A DNA stretch of 32,000 nt from Candidatus Saccharimonadota bacterium (lineage in GTDB: Bacteria; Patescibacteriota; Saccharimonadia; Saccharimonadales; UBA4665). Shown here piece after piece: positions 6,552 through 14,288 of this stretch. How positions within the stretch are numbered: position 1 is the first letter of the stretch; the number at the start of each line of letters is the position of its first letter. A program made the position numbers and the translations under genes. A model generated the notes under the pieces. It was not told the origin of the DNA and searched no databases. It saw only the letters and a program-made list of their open reading frames with translations. The stretch is taken from NCBI GenBank assembly GCA_002952755.1, contig CP025011.1, positions 720,001 through 752,000 on the forward strand. The letters are read 5' to 3'.

Positions 6552-9117
6552 AGATGTAGAACGCTTGGACGCTGGGGAGATCGCGCTCCAGCCAGGCGAT
6601 ACGCGTTTCCAACTCCTCGACACCCAAGGTAATATTGTGGGCCAAAGCTATCTGATCAGTCTTTGGCGCAAAGAAAGTCTGGTACTCTTCTAATAACTGG
6701 CGTGTATTAAAGGCGCTGGCCGCATAGCGCGGTAGATAGTCGTACGAGGAATCTTTGCTGAAGGTAGCCTCCAGCCATGGCCACTCCGACTGCATCCACT
6801 GCCAGGCCAGCATACGAGAGTAACGATTACGAAGCAAACTGACGAGCCAATGGTCGACATCCTGCTGGCGGACTTTGGTGCTATCTTGCAAGCGGCCGAG
6901 TAAAATAGTGGTCTCGTCTTCGCGTTGGGTAGCGGTGAGCGCAGTTAAAATGTCTTGCTTAAGATCAACGTTTTGCGTCGTTTCAATCAGATTGATCAAG
7001 TATTCGAAAGCTCCCTCGTGGTGATTACGCACCGCGCAACCGAAGACCACATCGCGTATTTCGGCAGGAACCGCTTGCGCATCTTTCTTATAGGCTTCAA
7101 AGAGGGTTAGAGCCTTAGCAGTGACGTCGGGATGCTCGGCATACACACCGAGGCCGATAATCGTGCCGCGTAGTTTTATATCTTGGCTGGATTCGTCTAT
7201 TTTTTGCTCCCATCCTAAGCGCTCATACTGTTTTTGGATGAGGGTGCGTATGGCTTGCTTTATTGGCGCTTCGAGTGACGTATCGCTGTCGATAAAACGT
7301 CTGCCTTCGCCCAAGATAACGCCCATCATGCCCCAAACGGGTTCGCTATCTTCGTCATTGTAGTGTGCGAGCAGTTTCAATGTGGCGTCATACGATTGCA
7401 GTCCAGCCCGGGAGAGCATCGAACTGTCATTGAGGAGCATTAGCCGCTCGCTTACTGCCAGCTGCTTATGCTGGGCGAGTTTCGCCAAAGCTTCTGCGTG
7501 GGCTGGTTCAGTGTAATGGACGATGTAGTGGCCAATCGCGCCCCGGTTAAAACGCACGGGCTCGGACGAAGCAAGCATGAAGGTCTTTTTTGCCTTGGTA
7601 AAGAGGTCGGGGACGGCGGGGAGATCTGCGAGCAAAGGAACCGGCCATAGGCGGCCTGTGTCGGCTTTGGACATATCGAGCAGGAAATGGTGTTGGGTAA
7701 CGCTAACCCGTCTGTCTTTTTGGGTTGCAGCTACAACCGGGAAGCCAGAACGCTCCAGCCAAGGTTCCATGAACCCAACGACATTCTTACCGCTGGCCGC
7801 ACTAAGTGCCTCCCATAGGTCCTTAGCGGTCGTATTGCCGTACGAATGGGTGGCAAAGTAGGTTTGCAGGCCTTTCCGGAAATCTTCGGTACCGAGGTAA
7901 CGAATGAGTGTATTGAGCAGCCTTCCGCCCTTCGCATAGACGATTGAAGGGTCGAATAAGCTGCTGATCTCATCAGGGTGATGAACAGCCGTATGCACTG
8001 CCTGCACTCCTGCAATGCTGTCGCGGCGCAGTGCTTGTAACCCTTCATCGATCACATAGCTGTCCCAAATATGCCACTCCGGGAAAAGCGCATCCATTGC
8101 CACGTAAGCCATAATATTGGCAAAACTTTCGTTGAGCCAGATTTCATCCCACCACTTCATCGTTACCAGATCGCCGAACCATTGGTGTGAAGCCTCATGT
8201 GCGACAACCTCGGCAATTACCTCGCGGGTGCTCTGTGCAGAGGTGTCGGGATCGGCAATAAGTACGGACTCGCGGTAGGTAAGTAGCCCCCAGTTTTCCA
8301 TGCCTCCAGCCGAAAAGTCGGGGATGGCAACATTGTCGCATTTGGCCAGCGGATATGGAGTATGGTAATAGTCTGCAAAGAACTCGATAGAACGCTTGGA
8401 AACGTCCAGCGCAAAGTCCAGCGCTTCAGGCCGATGAGCTTTGGTCGCCCACACGCGCACGTTAACGCCGCTATTCGTTTTCGTCTCACGCGACTGCAGC
8501 TCGCCGATCACAAAGCCCAGCAAGTAGGTCGACATTTTGGGGGTCGTTTCAAAGGTAGTTACCATCTTGCCGTCTTTTTCGCTCTGGTTGAGTGCGGGCA
8601 TATTGCTTAAGACTACTTCATCTTTAGGGCCAGTGAGCGTTAGTGTGAAGGTCGCTTTGGCTTCCGGTTCGTCTATGCAAGGGAAGGCGCGGCGGGCATA
8701 ATGACTTTCGAATTGGGTCGATAGCAAGCGATATGTTTGCTCGCCTACTCTATAGTCTGAAGAGTAAATGCCGTTCATACCATCGCTGATGGTGGCCTCA
8801 AACTCCATGACAACCGTATATTGGCCCGCATGCAACAAGGTATCGCTATGCAGACGAACTTCTTCTAAGGTCTGTTGATGGTTGATGCGACTAATAGTAA
8901 TTTGTTGCTCGCCCTTTTTATCATGCTTGGTTACGCTTGCGCTGATTACTTTTACACCGTGCTGATGAAACGTCAGGCGTTGGCTGGGGCGCCCCTTCCT
9001 GAGCCCGGTAATGGTGACGTTGCCACGCACTGTACGGGTTTCTTTATCAGGGTCAAGGAATAATTGGTAGGATGTGGGCTGAAAGCCCTCGAATAGGCGT
9101 CTGACATTTTTACTCAT
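6538..9117 (-). CDS. pepN: M1-family aminopeptidase N
   Basis: GGMENWG (GAMEN-type exopeptidase motif) and HEASHQWFGDLVTMKWWDEIWLNESFA (HEXXH-X18-E). 859 aa. The 3' end overlaps yraN by 14 nt (convergent genes). Confidence 0.9.
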   Translation of the reverse strand: MSKNVRRLFEGFQPTSYQLFLDPDKETRTVRGNVTITGLRKGRPSQRLTFHQHGVKVISASVTKHDKKGEQQITISRINHQQTLEEVRLHSDTLLHAGQYTVVMEFEATISDGMNGIYSSDYRVGEQTYRLLSTQFESHYARRAFPCIDEPEAKATFTLTLTGPKDEVVLSNMPALNQSEKDGKMVTTFETTPKMSTYLLGFVIGELQSRETKTNSGVNVRVWATKAHRPEALDFALDVSKRSIEFFADYYHTPYPLAKCDNVAIPDFSAGGMENWGLLTYRESVLIADPDTSAQSTREVIAEVVAHEASHQWFGDLVTMKWWDEIWLNESFANIMAYVAMDALFPEWHIWDSYVIDEGLQALRRDSIAGVQAVHTAVHHPDEISSLFDPSIVYAKGGRLLNTLIRYLGTEDFRKGLQTYFATHSYGNTTAKDLWEALSAASGKNVVGFMEPWLERSGFPVVAATQKDRRVSVTQHHFLLDMSKADTGRLWPVPLLADLPAVPDLFTKAKKTFMLASSEPVRFNRGAIGHYIVHYTEPAHAEALAKLAQHKQLAVSERLMLLNDSSMLSRAGLQSYDATLKLLAHYNDEDSEPVWGMMGVILGEGRRFIDSDTSLEAPIKQAIRTLIQKQYERLGWEQKIDESSQDIKLRGTIIGLGVYAEHPDVTAKALTLFEAYKKDAQAVPAEIRDVVFGCAVRNHHEGAFEYLINLIETTQNVDLKQDILTALTATQREDETTILLGRLQDSTKVRQQDVDHWLVSLLRNRYSRMLAWQWMQSEWPWLEATFSKDSSYDYLPRYAASAFNTRQLLEEYQTFFAPKTDQIALAHNITLGVEELETRIAWLERDLPSVQAFYISTNL

Positions 9118-9123
9118 AGCATT

Positions 9124-9132
9124 ATTCTAACA
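9124..9132 (-). promoter_or_regulatory. Extended -10 box (TGtTAGAAT) of pepN
   Basis: The reverse complement of 9124-9132 reads TGTTAGAAT. Only 6 nt lie between the hexamer and the ATG at 9117, and no SD is present. Confidence 0.5.
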
Positions 9133-9157
9133 GATGAAATACTGTCTTTCACCCAGC

Positions 9158-9186
9158 TTGACGGCGTGTAACACGCTTGATATACT
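9158..9186 (+). promoter_or_regulatory. Sigma70-type promoter of nusA
   Basis: TTGACG (9158-9163), 17-nt spacer, TGaTATACT (TG at 9178-9179, hexamer at 9181-9186). Confidence 0.65.
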
Positions 9187-9197
9187 ACAAGAGATTG

Positions 9198-9221
9198 GTC
9201 GGCCGGCAGGTCGACTTTTTT
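9198..9221 (+). terminator. Leader terminator/attenuator upstream of nusA
   Basis: GTCGGCC (9198-9204), GGCA loop, GGTCGAC (9209-9215) form a 7-bp stem followed by TTTTTT (9216-9221). It lies between the promoter and the SD/ATG (9241-9257). Confidence 0.55.
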
Positions 9222-9254
9222 CGTATACGCACCCTAAACAGAAAGGAAACAACG

Positions 9255-10460
9255 ATGGATTTCGACTTTAAACAACTTGCTGCTGCTATCAAAGCGATTT
9301 CAGAAGAGAAGAATTTGCCCGAAGACACCGTGAAAGAGGTAGTTGAACAGGCATTAGCGGCCGCTTATCGCCGTGATTATGGCGAGCGCGAACAGGAAGT
9401 GCGCGTAACCATGAACCTAAACACCGGTGACGTTGATGCTTACGTTATGAAAGAGGTGGTCGAGGAGGTCGAGAACGCCGCCTACGAGTTGAGCCTGTCG
9501 CAGGCCCTAACGATGCAAAAAGACGCCAAGATTGGCGACCTAGTGGAAGTGCACGAAAAAGTGAACGACTTTGGCCGGGTAGCTGCCCAAACTGCCAAGC
9601 AAGTCATCTTGCAGCGCCTGCGCGAAGCTGAGCGCGAGATTGTTATGGGCGAATACGAAGATAAAATCGGTACCGTTATTAATGCGTTAGTTGCCCGTGT
9701 CGAAGGCAATATTGTACGCGTGGACCTAGGTAAGGCACAAGGCATAATGCCGCGCAGCGAGCAGATCCAGGGGGAGCGTTACTATCCCGGACAGCGCCTG
9801 AAAGCCTATCTCAAAGACGTAGAGCGTGGAGTGCGCGGGCCGCAATTGATCGTCTCACGTGGCTGCACTCAGTTTATTGAGTGGCTATTCCGTGCCGAAG
9901 TCCCGGAAATGGATAGCGGCGCTGTAGAGATTAAAGGCATTGCCCGCGAAGCTGGGGTGCGCACTAAGCTGGCAGTGAACAGCACCGTGCAGGGTGTGGA
10001 CCCAGTCGGTACCTTTGTGGGCGGCCACGGTACCCGTGTAAATGCTGTGATGAGCGAAGTGGGCGAGCAGGAAAAGATCGACATTATTGTCTGGAGCGAC
10101 GATGCCGTCGAGTACATTACTAACGCCCTTAGCCCTACAAAGGTCACCAAAGTACAAATTGACGAGGCCAACAAGAAGGCCCGTGTTGTTGTCCCAGAGG
10201 ATCAATTGAGTATTGCCATCGGCCGTGGCGGCCAAAATGTTCGCTTGGCAAGCAAGCTTACCGGTTATGAGCTGGACATTGAAGCTGAGCAAGCACCAAA
10301 ACCAGTGATCGCTCCGCCTGCCGCTAAACACGAACAAACATCACAGGCGCCGAAGCCTGCGGCTGCAGCTCCTGCCAAGCCGGCTGGTCCAATTAAGCTT
10401 AAAAAGAAGAGTGATCTCGAAAATAGCCTGCTTGAAGCTATTGAAGAGCATGGTGAATAG
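9255..10460 (+). CDS. nusA: Transcription termination/antitermination factor NusA with a Pro/Ala-rich C-terminal tail
   Basis: NusA N-terminal domain (LAAAIKAISEEKNLPEDTV...), S1 domain (GTVINALVARVEGNIVRVDLG) and two KH domains (GVDPVGTFVGGHGTRVNAV; SIAIGRGGQNVRLASKLTGYELDI). Start moved to the ATG at 9255, preceded by AAAGGAAA. The track start at 9177 lies inside the promoter. Confidence 0.92.
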   Translation: MDFDFKQLAAAIKAISEEKNLPEDTVKEVVEQALAAAYRRDYGEREQEVRVTMNLNTGDVDAYVMKEVVEEVENAAYELSLSQALTMQKDAKIGDLVEVHEKVNDFGRVAAQTAKQVILQRLREAEREIVMGEYEDKIGTVINALVARVEGNIVRVDLGKAQGIMPRSEQIQGERYYPGQRLKAYLKDVERGVRGPQLIVSRGCTQFIEWLFRAEVPEMDSGAVEIKGIAREAGVRTKLAVNSTVQGVDPVGTFVGGHGTRVNAVMSEVGEQEKIDIIVWSDDAVEYITNALSPTKVTKVQIDEANKKARVVVPEDQLSIAIGRGGQNVRLASKLTGYELDIEAEQAPKPVIAPPAAKHEQTSQAPKPAAAAPAKPAGPIKLKKKSDLENSLLEAIEEHGE

Positions 10461-10493
10461 TTATTAGCTTTTATTAGCCGCTAAAAGAGCTGA

Positions 10494-10519
10494 AAAACGT
10501 CGCAGTCTGGCGGCGTTTT
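10494..10519 (+). terminator. Hairpin terminator after nusA
   Basis: AAAACGTCGC (10494-10503) pairs with GCGGCGTTTT (10510-10519) around a 6-nt loop. The U run is short. Confidence 0.5.
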
Positions 10520-10539
10520 CCAGTATTTGTATCTGACGG

Positions 10540-10566
10540 TTAGCACTCTTGACGCGTGAGTGCTAA
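10540..10566. promoter_or_regulatory. CIRCE operator (HrcA binding site) overlapping the clpC promoter
   Basis: TTAGCACTC-TTGACGCGT-GAGTGCTAA is a perfect match to the CIRCE consensus TTAGCACTC-N9-GAGTGCTAA. The spacer contains a TTGACG -35-like hexamer (10549-10554). Confidence 0.85.
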
Positions 10567-10569
10567 TTC

Positions 10570-13080
10570 ATGTATCATACCTATATGACACCAAGCAGCG
10601 CCGATTTCCAGGACTTTTTGAATCATCTTACGAACAATGCATTAGAAAGCCTTAAACATGCCGATGCTATTGCGCGCAGTTTTGGCAGTGCGTATGTGGG
10701 TACTGAGCATTTGCTGCTAGGTATTCTCGCCCAAGAGACTAGCATGGGCGCTAAAATCTTGGAAGGCGCGGGGGTAACACTGGAGCGGGCGCGTATTGCT
10801 CTTAATCTTACACCCAAGACGGTAGCGCTGAACGCTGGCGCCAAAGGGTTGAGCGAGACTGCCAAACTAACCCTCAAAATGGCCTACGACGCCGCACAGG
10901 AATACAATCAGGAATACTGCGGCACCGAGCATATTCTGGAAGCTCTGCTGAGCCAGAAGAACGCTCGTGCCACTTCGCTGCTTCGGGCTATGAATGTTGA
11001 TGTGAGCAGCCTCATGAGCGAGCTGGAACAGTTTCTTAACCGCCAGCAGTACGAGGACGAAGATGGCAACACTGCCGAAACTGACGCTCCCCGCCGCTCT
11101 GGTGGCCGCAATAAAGGTCGCAAAACTGCGCTCGACTTCTTTGGTACCGACATGACTGCCGAAGCCCGCGCTGGCAAACTCGATCCTGTTGTGGGTCGCG
11201 AAGCCCAAATCCGTCGGGTTATCACCATTCTCAATCGACGCACCAAGAATAACCCGGTGCTCATTGGCGAGCCTGGCGTCGGTAAAACGGCAATTGCCGA
11301 AGGTCTGGCGCAGCGCATTGTGGCCGAAGATGTGCCTGATAGCTTACTCGATAAGCGTATCATTATGCTCGATCTGGCAGGGATGATTGCCGGTACTAAG
11401 TACCGCGGCGAATTTGAAGAACGCCTCAAAAAAGTCATGGCCGAACTGGAGAGTGATAAAAAAACTATCGTCTTTATTGATGAATTGCACCTCATTGTTG
11501 GTGCCGGCGCGGCCGAAGGTGCTATGGATGCTGGCAATATCCTAAAACCAGCGTTAGCCCGTGGCAGAATTCAATTAATCGGCGCAACGACAACCACTGA
11601 ATACACCAAGCATATCGAAAAGGATGCAGCTTTGGAGCGCCGTTTTCAGCCCGTTCAGGTGCCCGAAACCACTGTGCCCGAAACGCTAGCAATTTTAAAG
11701 GGCCTGCGTAAACACTACGAGGCTTTTCATGGTGTGACCGTCAGCGACGAAGTGCTTGATGATATTACCACGCTTGCCAAACGGTATATTAATGACCGTT
11801 TTATGCCAGATAAAGCTATCGACTTGCTCGACGAGACAGCTGCCCATCTGCGCGTTGACCAGGGTAAGACTTCGCCCGAAGTACGCAAGCTACAAAAAGA
11901 GCTCAAATTACTCAATACGCGTATCGACGAAGCGGTCGATAACGAAGATTACCAGAAAGCAGCCGAATACAAGACCCGCGCTTCACAAATGAACGAGGAG
12001 CTGAACAAGATGCAAGCTTCCGGCAAAAAAGATAAGCGCATCGTAGTTAGCAGTGAGGACGTTGCGGAGGTTGTTGCCCGCATTACGGGCGTTCCAGTTA
12101 AAAAGGTGATTCGCTCAGAGGCAAAACATTTGTTGCAGCTCGAAAAAACGCTTGGCAAGCACGTTATTGGCCAGCAAGAGGCTGTCGAAGCCGTGGCGCG
12201 TGCAGTACGCCGCAATCGCTCCGGTATCAGTAGTGCGCAGCGCCCCATTGGTTCGTTTATCTTCTTAGGGCCTACCGGTGTAGGCAAAACTGAGTTGGCT
12301 CGCGTACTGGCTCGCGAATTTTTTGGCAGCGAAGACGCGCTCGTAAAGATCGATATGAGCGAATTTGGCGAGCATCATAACGTTGCTCGCCTGGTGGGTG
12401 CTCCAGCTGGCTATGTGGGGTACGATGATGGCGGCCAGCTAACCGACAAGATCCGCCGCCGCCCTTATAGTTTGGTGTTATTCGACGAGATTGAAAAAGC
12501 CCACCCCGACACCTTCAACATGTTACTCCAAATTTTGGAAGATGGTGCGCTGACGGACGCTAAAGGCCGCAAGATCGATTTTACGAACACAATCGTGATC
12601 ATGACCAGCAACATTGGTGCTGAAAAGCTGCAAAAAGAGTCCAGTTTTGGTTTTCACGCCACGCGGTCTAGTGATATCAAGGATCTTGATGAGCTGCACG
12701 CCAGGAATCGCGACAAAGTTATGGATGATCTGAAGAAAAAGATGCGTCCTGAGTTTTTGAACCGTATCGACAAGGTGATTGTCTTCCGTGCACTTACCAA
12801 GAAAGACATTTACCGTATTATTGACCTGCAGATCAATGAGCTGAGTGAGCGCCTGCGTAAGCAAGGACTAGGGCTGCAATTAACGAATGGCGCTAAGCAG
12901 TATTTGCTTGATAAAGGCTACGACGCCCACAATGGTGTTCGTCCTATGCGCCGTCTCATCCAGGATGAACTTGAAGATCATATCTCCACTAATTTACTCA
13001 GCGATAGCTATCAGACGGGCGATATCCTAAGCGTTGGTGTCAAAAAAGATCAGCTTACCTATACGACGATCCACGAATAG
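10570..13080 (+). CDS. clpC: ATP-dependent Clp protease ATP-binding subunit ClpC
   Basis: Two Clp_N repeats (GTEHLLLGIL, GTEHILEALL). Two AAA+ modules (GEPGVGKTAIAEGLA, GPTGVGKTELARVLA). Short UVR-like middle domain (DYQKAAEYKTRASQMNEEL). The real start may be the second ATG at 10585. Confidence 0.92.
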   Translation: MYHTYMTPSSADFQDFLNHLTNNALESLKHADAIARSFGSAYVGTEHLLLGILAQETSMGAKILEGAGVTLERARIALNLTPKTVALNAGAKGLSETAKLTLKMAYDAAQEYNQEYCGTEHILEALLSQKNARATSLLRAMNVDVSSLMSELEQFLNRQQYEDEDGNTAETDAPRRSGGRNKGRKTALDFFGTDMTAEARAGKLDPVVGREAQIRRVITILNRRTKNNPVLIGEPGVGKTAIAEGLAQRIVAEDVPDSLLDKRIIMLDLAGMIAGTKYRGEFEERLKKVMAELESDKKTIVFIDELHLIVGAGAAEGAMDAGNILKPALARGRIQLIGATTTTEYTKHIEKDAALERRFQPVQVPETTVPETLAILKGLRKHYEAFHGVTVSDEVLDDITTLAKRYINDRFMPDKAIDLLDETAAHLRVDQGKTSPEVRKLQKELKLLNTRIDEAVDNEDYQKAAEYKTRASQMNEELNKMQASGKKDKRIVVSSEDVAEVVARITGVPVKKVIRSEAKHLLQLEKTLGKHVIGQQEAVEAVARAVRRNRSGISSAQRPIGSFIFLGPTGVGKTELARVLAREFFGSEDALVKIDMSEFGEHHNVARLVGAPAGYVGYDDGGQLTDKIRRRPYSLVLFDEIEKAHPDTFNMLLQILEDGALTDAKGRKIDFTNTIVIMTSNIGAEKLQKESSFGFHATRSSDIKDLDELHARNRDKVMDDLKKKMRPEFLNRIDKVIVFRALTKKDIYRIIDLQINELSERLRKQGLGLQLTNGAKQYLLDKGYDAHNGVRPMRRLIQDELEDHISTNLLSDSYQTGDILSVGVKKDQLTYTTIHE

Positions 13081-13103
13081 CATCTCCTTGTTGTGTGGCG
13101 TAC

Positions 13104-13204
13104 GGCACTGGCATGCCCATGCAAGTAGAGCGTTTCACGCAGGCCGACTAAAGTCGGTCTGGTTGCACTACGCCTGACTCTACTTACAGGAGCATATGGG
13201 TGCC
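13104..13204 (+). repeat. Hairpin-apex element, family A, copy 3 (eroded arms)
   Basis: Core 13131-13177 is CGTTTCACGCAGGCCGACTAAAGTCGGTCTGGTTGCACTACGCCTGA. The flanking arms give about 18 pairs, interrupted by one mismatch and two 8-nt bulges. Confidence 0.7.
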
Positions 13205-13280
13205 ACGGTGTCTATTTGACATCATCTAAAACGGCGTGCTAGCTACGTCTTGGGGACGTCATAGTATATGATAGAAGCAT

Positions 13281-14264
13281 ATGAGGTTAGTGCGACGATT
13301 TTGGCCGTATGTCTTGTTTATCTTAATTGTTGCGGCTGGTGTTTTTCTGTTATTTGGACATGAGCAATTGTTCGACTGGATCGCAGAGCGTAACTATCAT
13401 CCAACCGCCGTGGTTCAACAGCTGACAGCAGATACGACGATGACACCGCAGGCAAAGCATCTGTTTTATGTGAACCGGCCGGTTATAGAAAACAAAGATG
13501 GTTTCAACAAGCACTGTACCAACGGCTCAGACCAAGTGTCGACTCTGGGCTGTTTTACCGGTAATCGTTTAGGTATCTACGTCTATAATGTCACCGACCC
13601 GCGCCTGGCGGGCGTACAACAGGTAACCGCTGCGCACGAGATGTTGCACCAGGCGTATGAGCGCCTTAGCCAAGCTGAAAGGACACGTATAGACGCACTC
13701 CTGCAGCACTATTACACTAGTGGGTTGACCGACCAGACCATTAGAGATCAACTACAGACATACGTTACGACCGAGCCAGGCCAGTTGACGAACGAGATGC
13801 ACTCCATCTTAGGAACAGAAGTAACTGCCTTGCCACCAGAACTTGAAACATATTACGCACGCTACTTTAATGATCGAGCCAGGGTGGCTCGGTATTATCA
13901 GCAATATCAATCAGCCTTTAACCAGCGTAACCAGCAAATTAAGGACTATGATACGCAGCTTGATAGTTTAAAAATGCAGATTGACGCCAACCGAAAAGAC
14001 TTAAGTAGCCGCCAGGCGGTCCTTCTTGGCCAACGCAATCAGCTTGACGCCTATAAGAGCAGTGGGCGGATTATCGATTATAACAATCTAGTACCAAGCT
14101 ACAATGATCTGGTGAACGCCTACCGCGGTGAAATTGACGAGACAAACAATCTCATTAATCAATACAACCAGATGCTTGGCGAGCGTAACGCGATTGCTGT
14201 GCAGGAACGTCAGTTGCAATCAGATCTCGACAGCCACGTGGTGACCAGCGCGCCAACCCAGTAG
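13281..14264 (+). CDS. Membrane-anchored hypothetical protein with an HExxH zincin-like motif and a Q/N-rich coiled-coil tail
   Basis: N-terminal TM helix (WPYVLFILIVAAGVFLLF), AAHEMLHQAY motif, and a C-terminal heptad-like Q/N/D-rich region. No family recognised. Confidence 0.6.
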   Translation: MRLVRRFWPYVLFILIVAAGVFLLFGHEQLFDWIAERNYHPTAVVQQLTADTTMTPQAKHLFYVNRPVIENKDGFNKHCTNGSDQVSTLGCFTGNRLGIYVYNVTDPRLAGVQQVTAAHEMLHQAYERLSQAERTRIDALLQHYYTSGLTDQTIRDQLQTYVTTEPGQLTNEMHSILGTEVTALPPELETYYARYFNDRARVARYYQQYQSAFNQRNQQIKDYDTQLDSLKMQIDANRKDLSSRQAVLLGQRNQLDAYKSSGRIIDYNNLVPSYNDLVNAYRGEIDETNNLINQYNQMLGERNAIAVQERQLQSDLDSHVVTSAPTQ

Positions 14265-14271
14265 TATCGAA

Positions 14272-14280
14272 TGGTACAAT
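14272..14280 (+). promoter_or_regulatory. Extended -10 box (TGgTACAAT) of radA
   Basis: TGGTACAAT at 14272-14280. Eight nt lie before the ATG at 14289, and no SD is present. Confidence 0.5.
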
Positions 14281-14288
14281 AGAGAAAC

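Noticed and set aside
9198-9204. The heptamer GTCGGCC shared by the nusA leader hairpin and the family A copy 2 inner hairpin
   Set aside because: It is only a 7-nt GC-rich match with different flanks and no other core similarity, so it is most likely coincidence.
9177-9254. Track start of NusA at 9177 (26 extra N-terminal residues)
   Set aside because: It is a TTG inside the predicted -10 region and would read through the leader hairpin and U tract. The ATG at 9255 has a proper SD and begins the conserved NusA N-terminus.
10908-11537. Long antisense or alternative-frame ORFs inside real genes, e.g. 10908-11537 (minus strand), 871-1242 (plus strand), 4328-4879 (minus strand), 23045-23629 (minus strand), 24154-24699 (minus strand)
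   Set aside because: They are shadow ORFs of strongly supported genes (clpC, the CAP gene, rplS, recG). They have low-complexity or Ser/Arg/Ala-biased translations and no motifs.
165-13204. Whether the repeated cores form a CRISPR array or CRISPR-like locus
   Set aside because: The copies are kilobases apart and in both orientations. Each is embedded in its own palindrome. There are no regularly spaced direct repeats and no cas genes.
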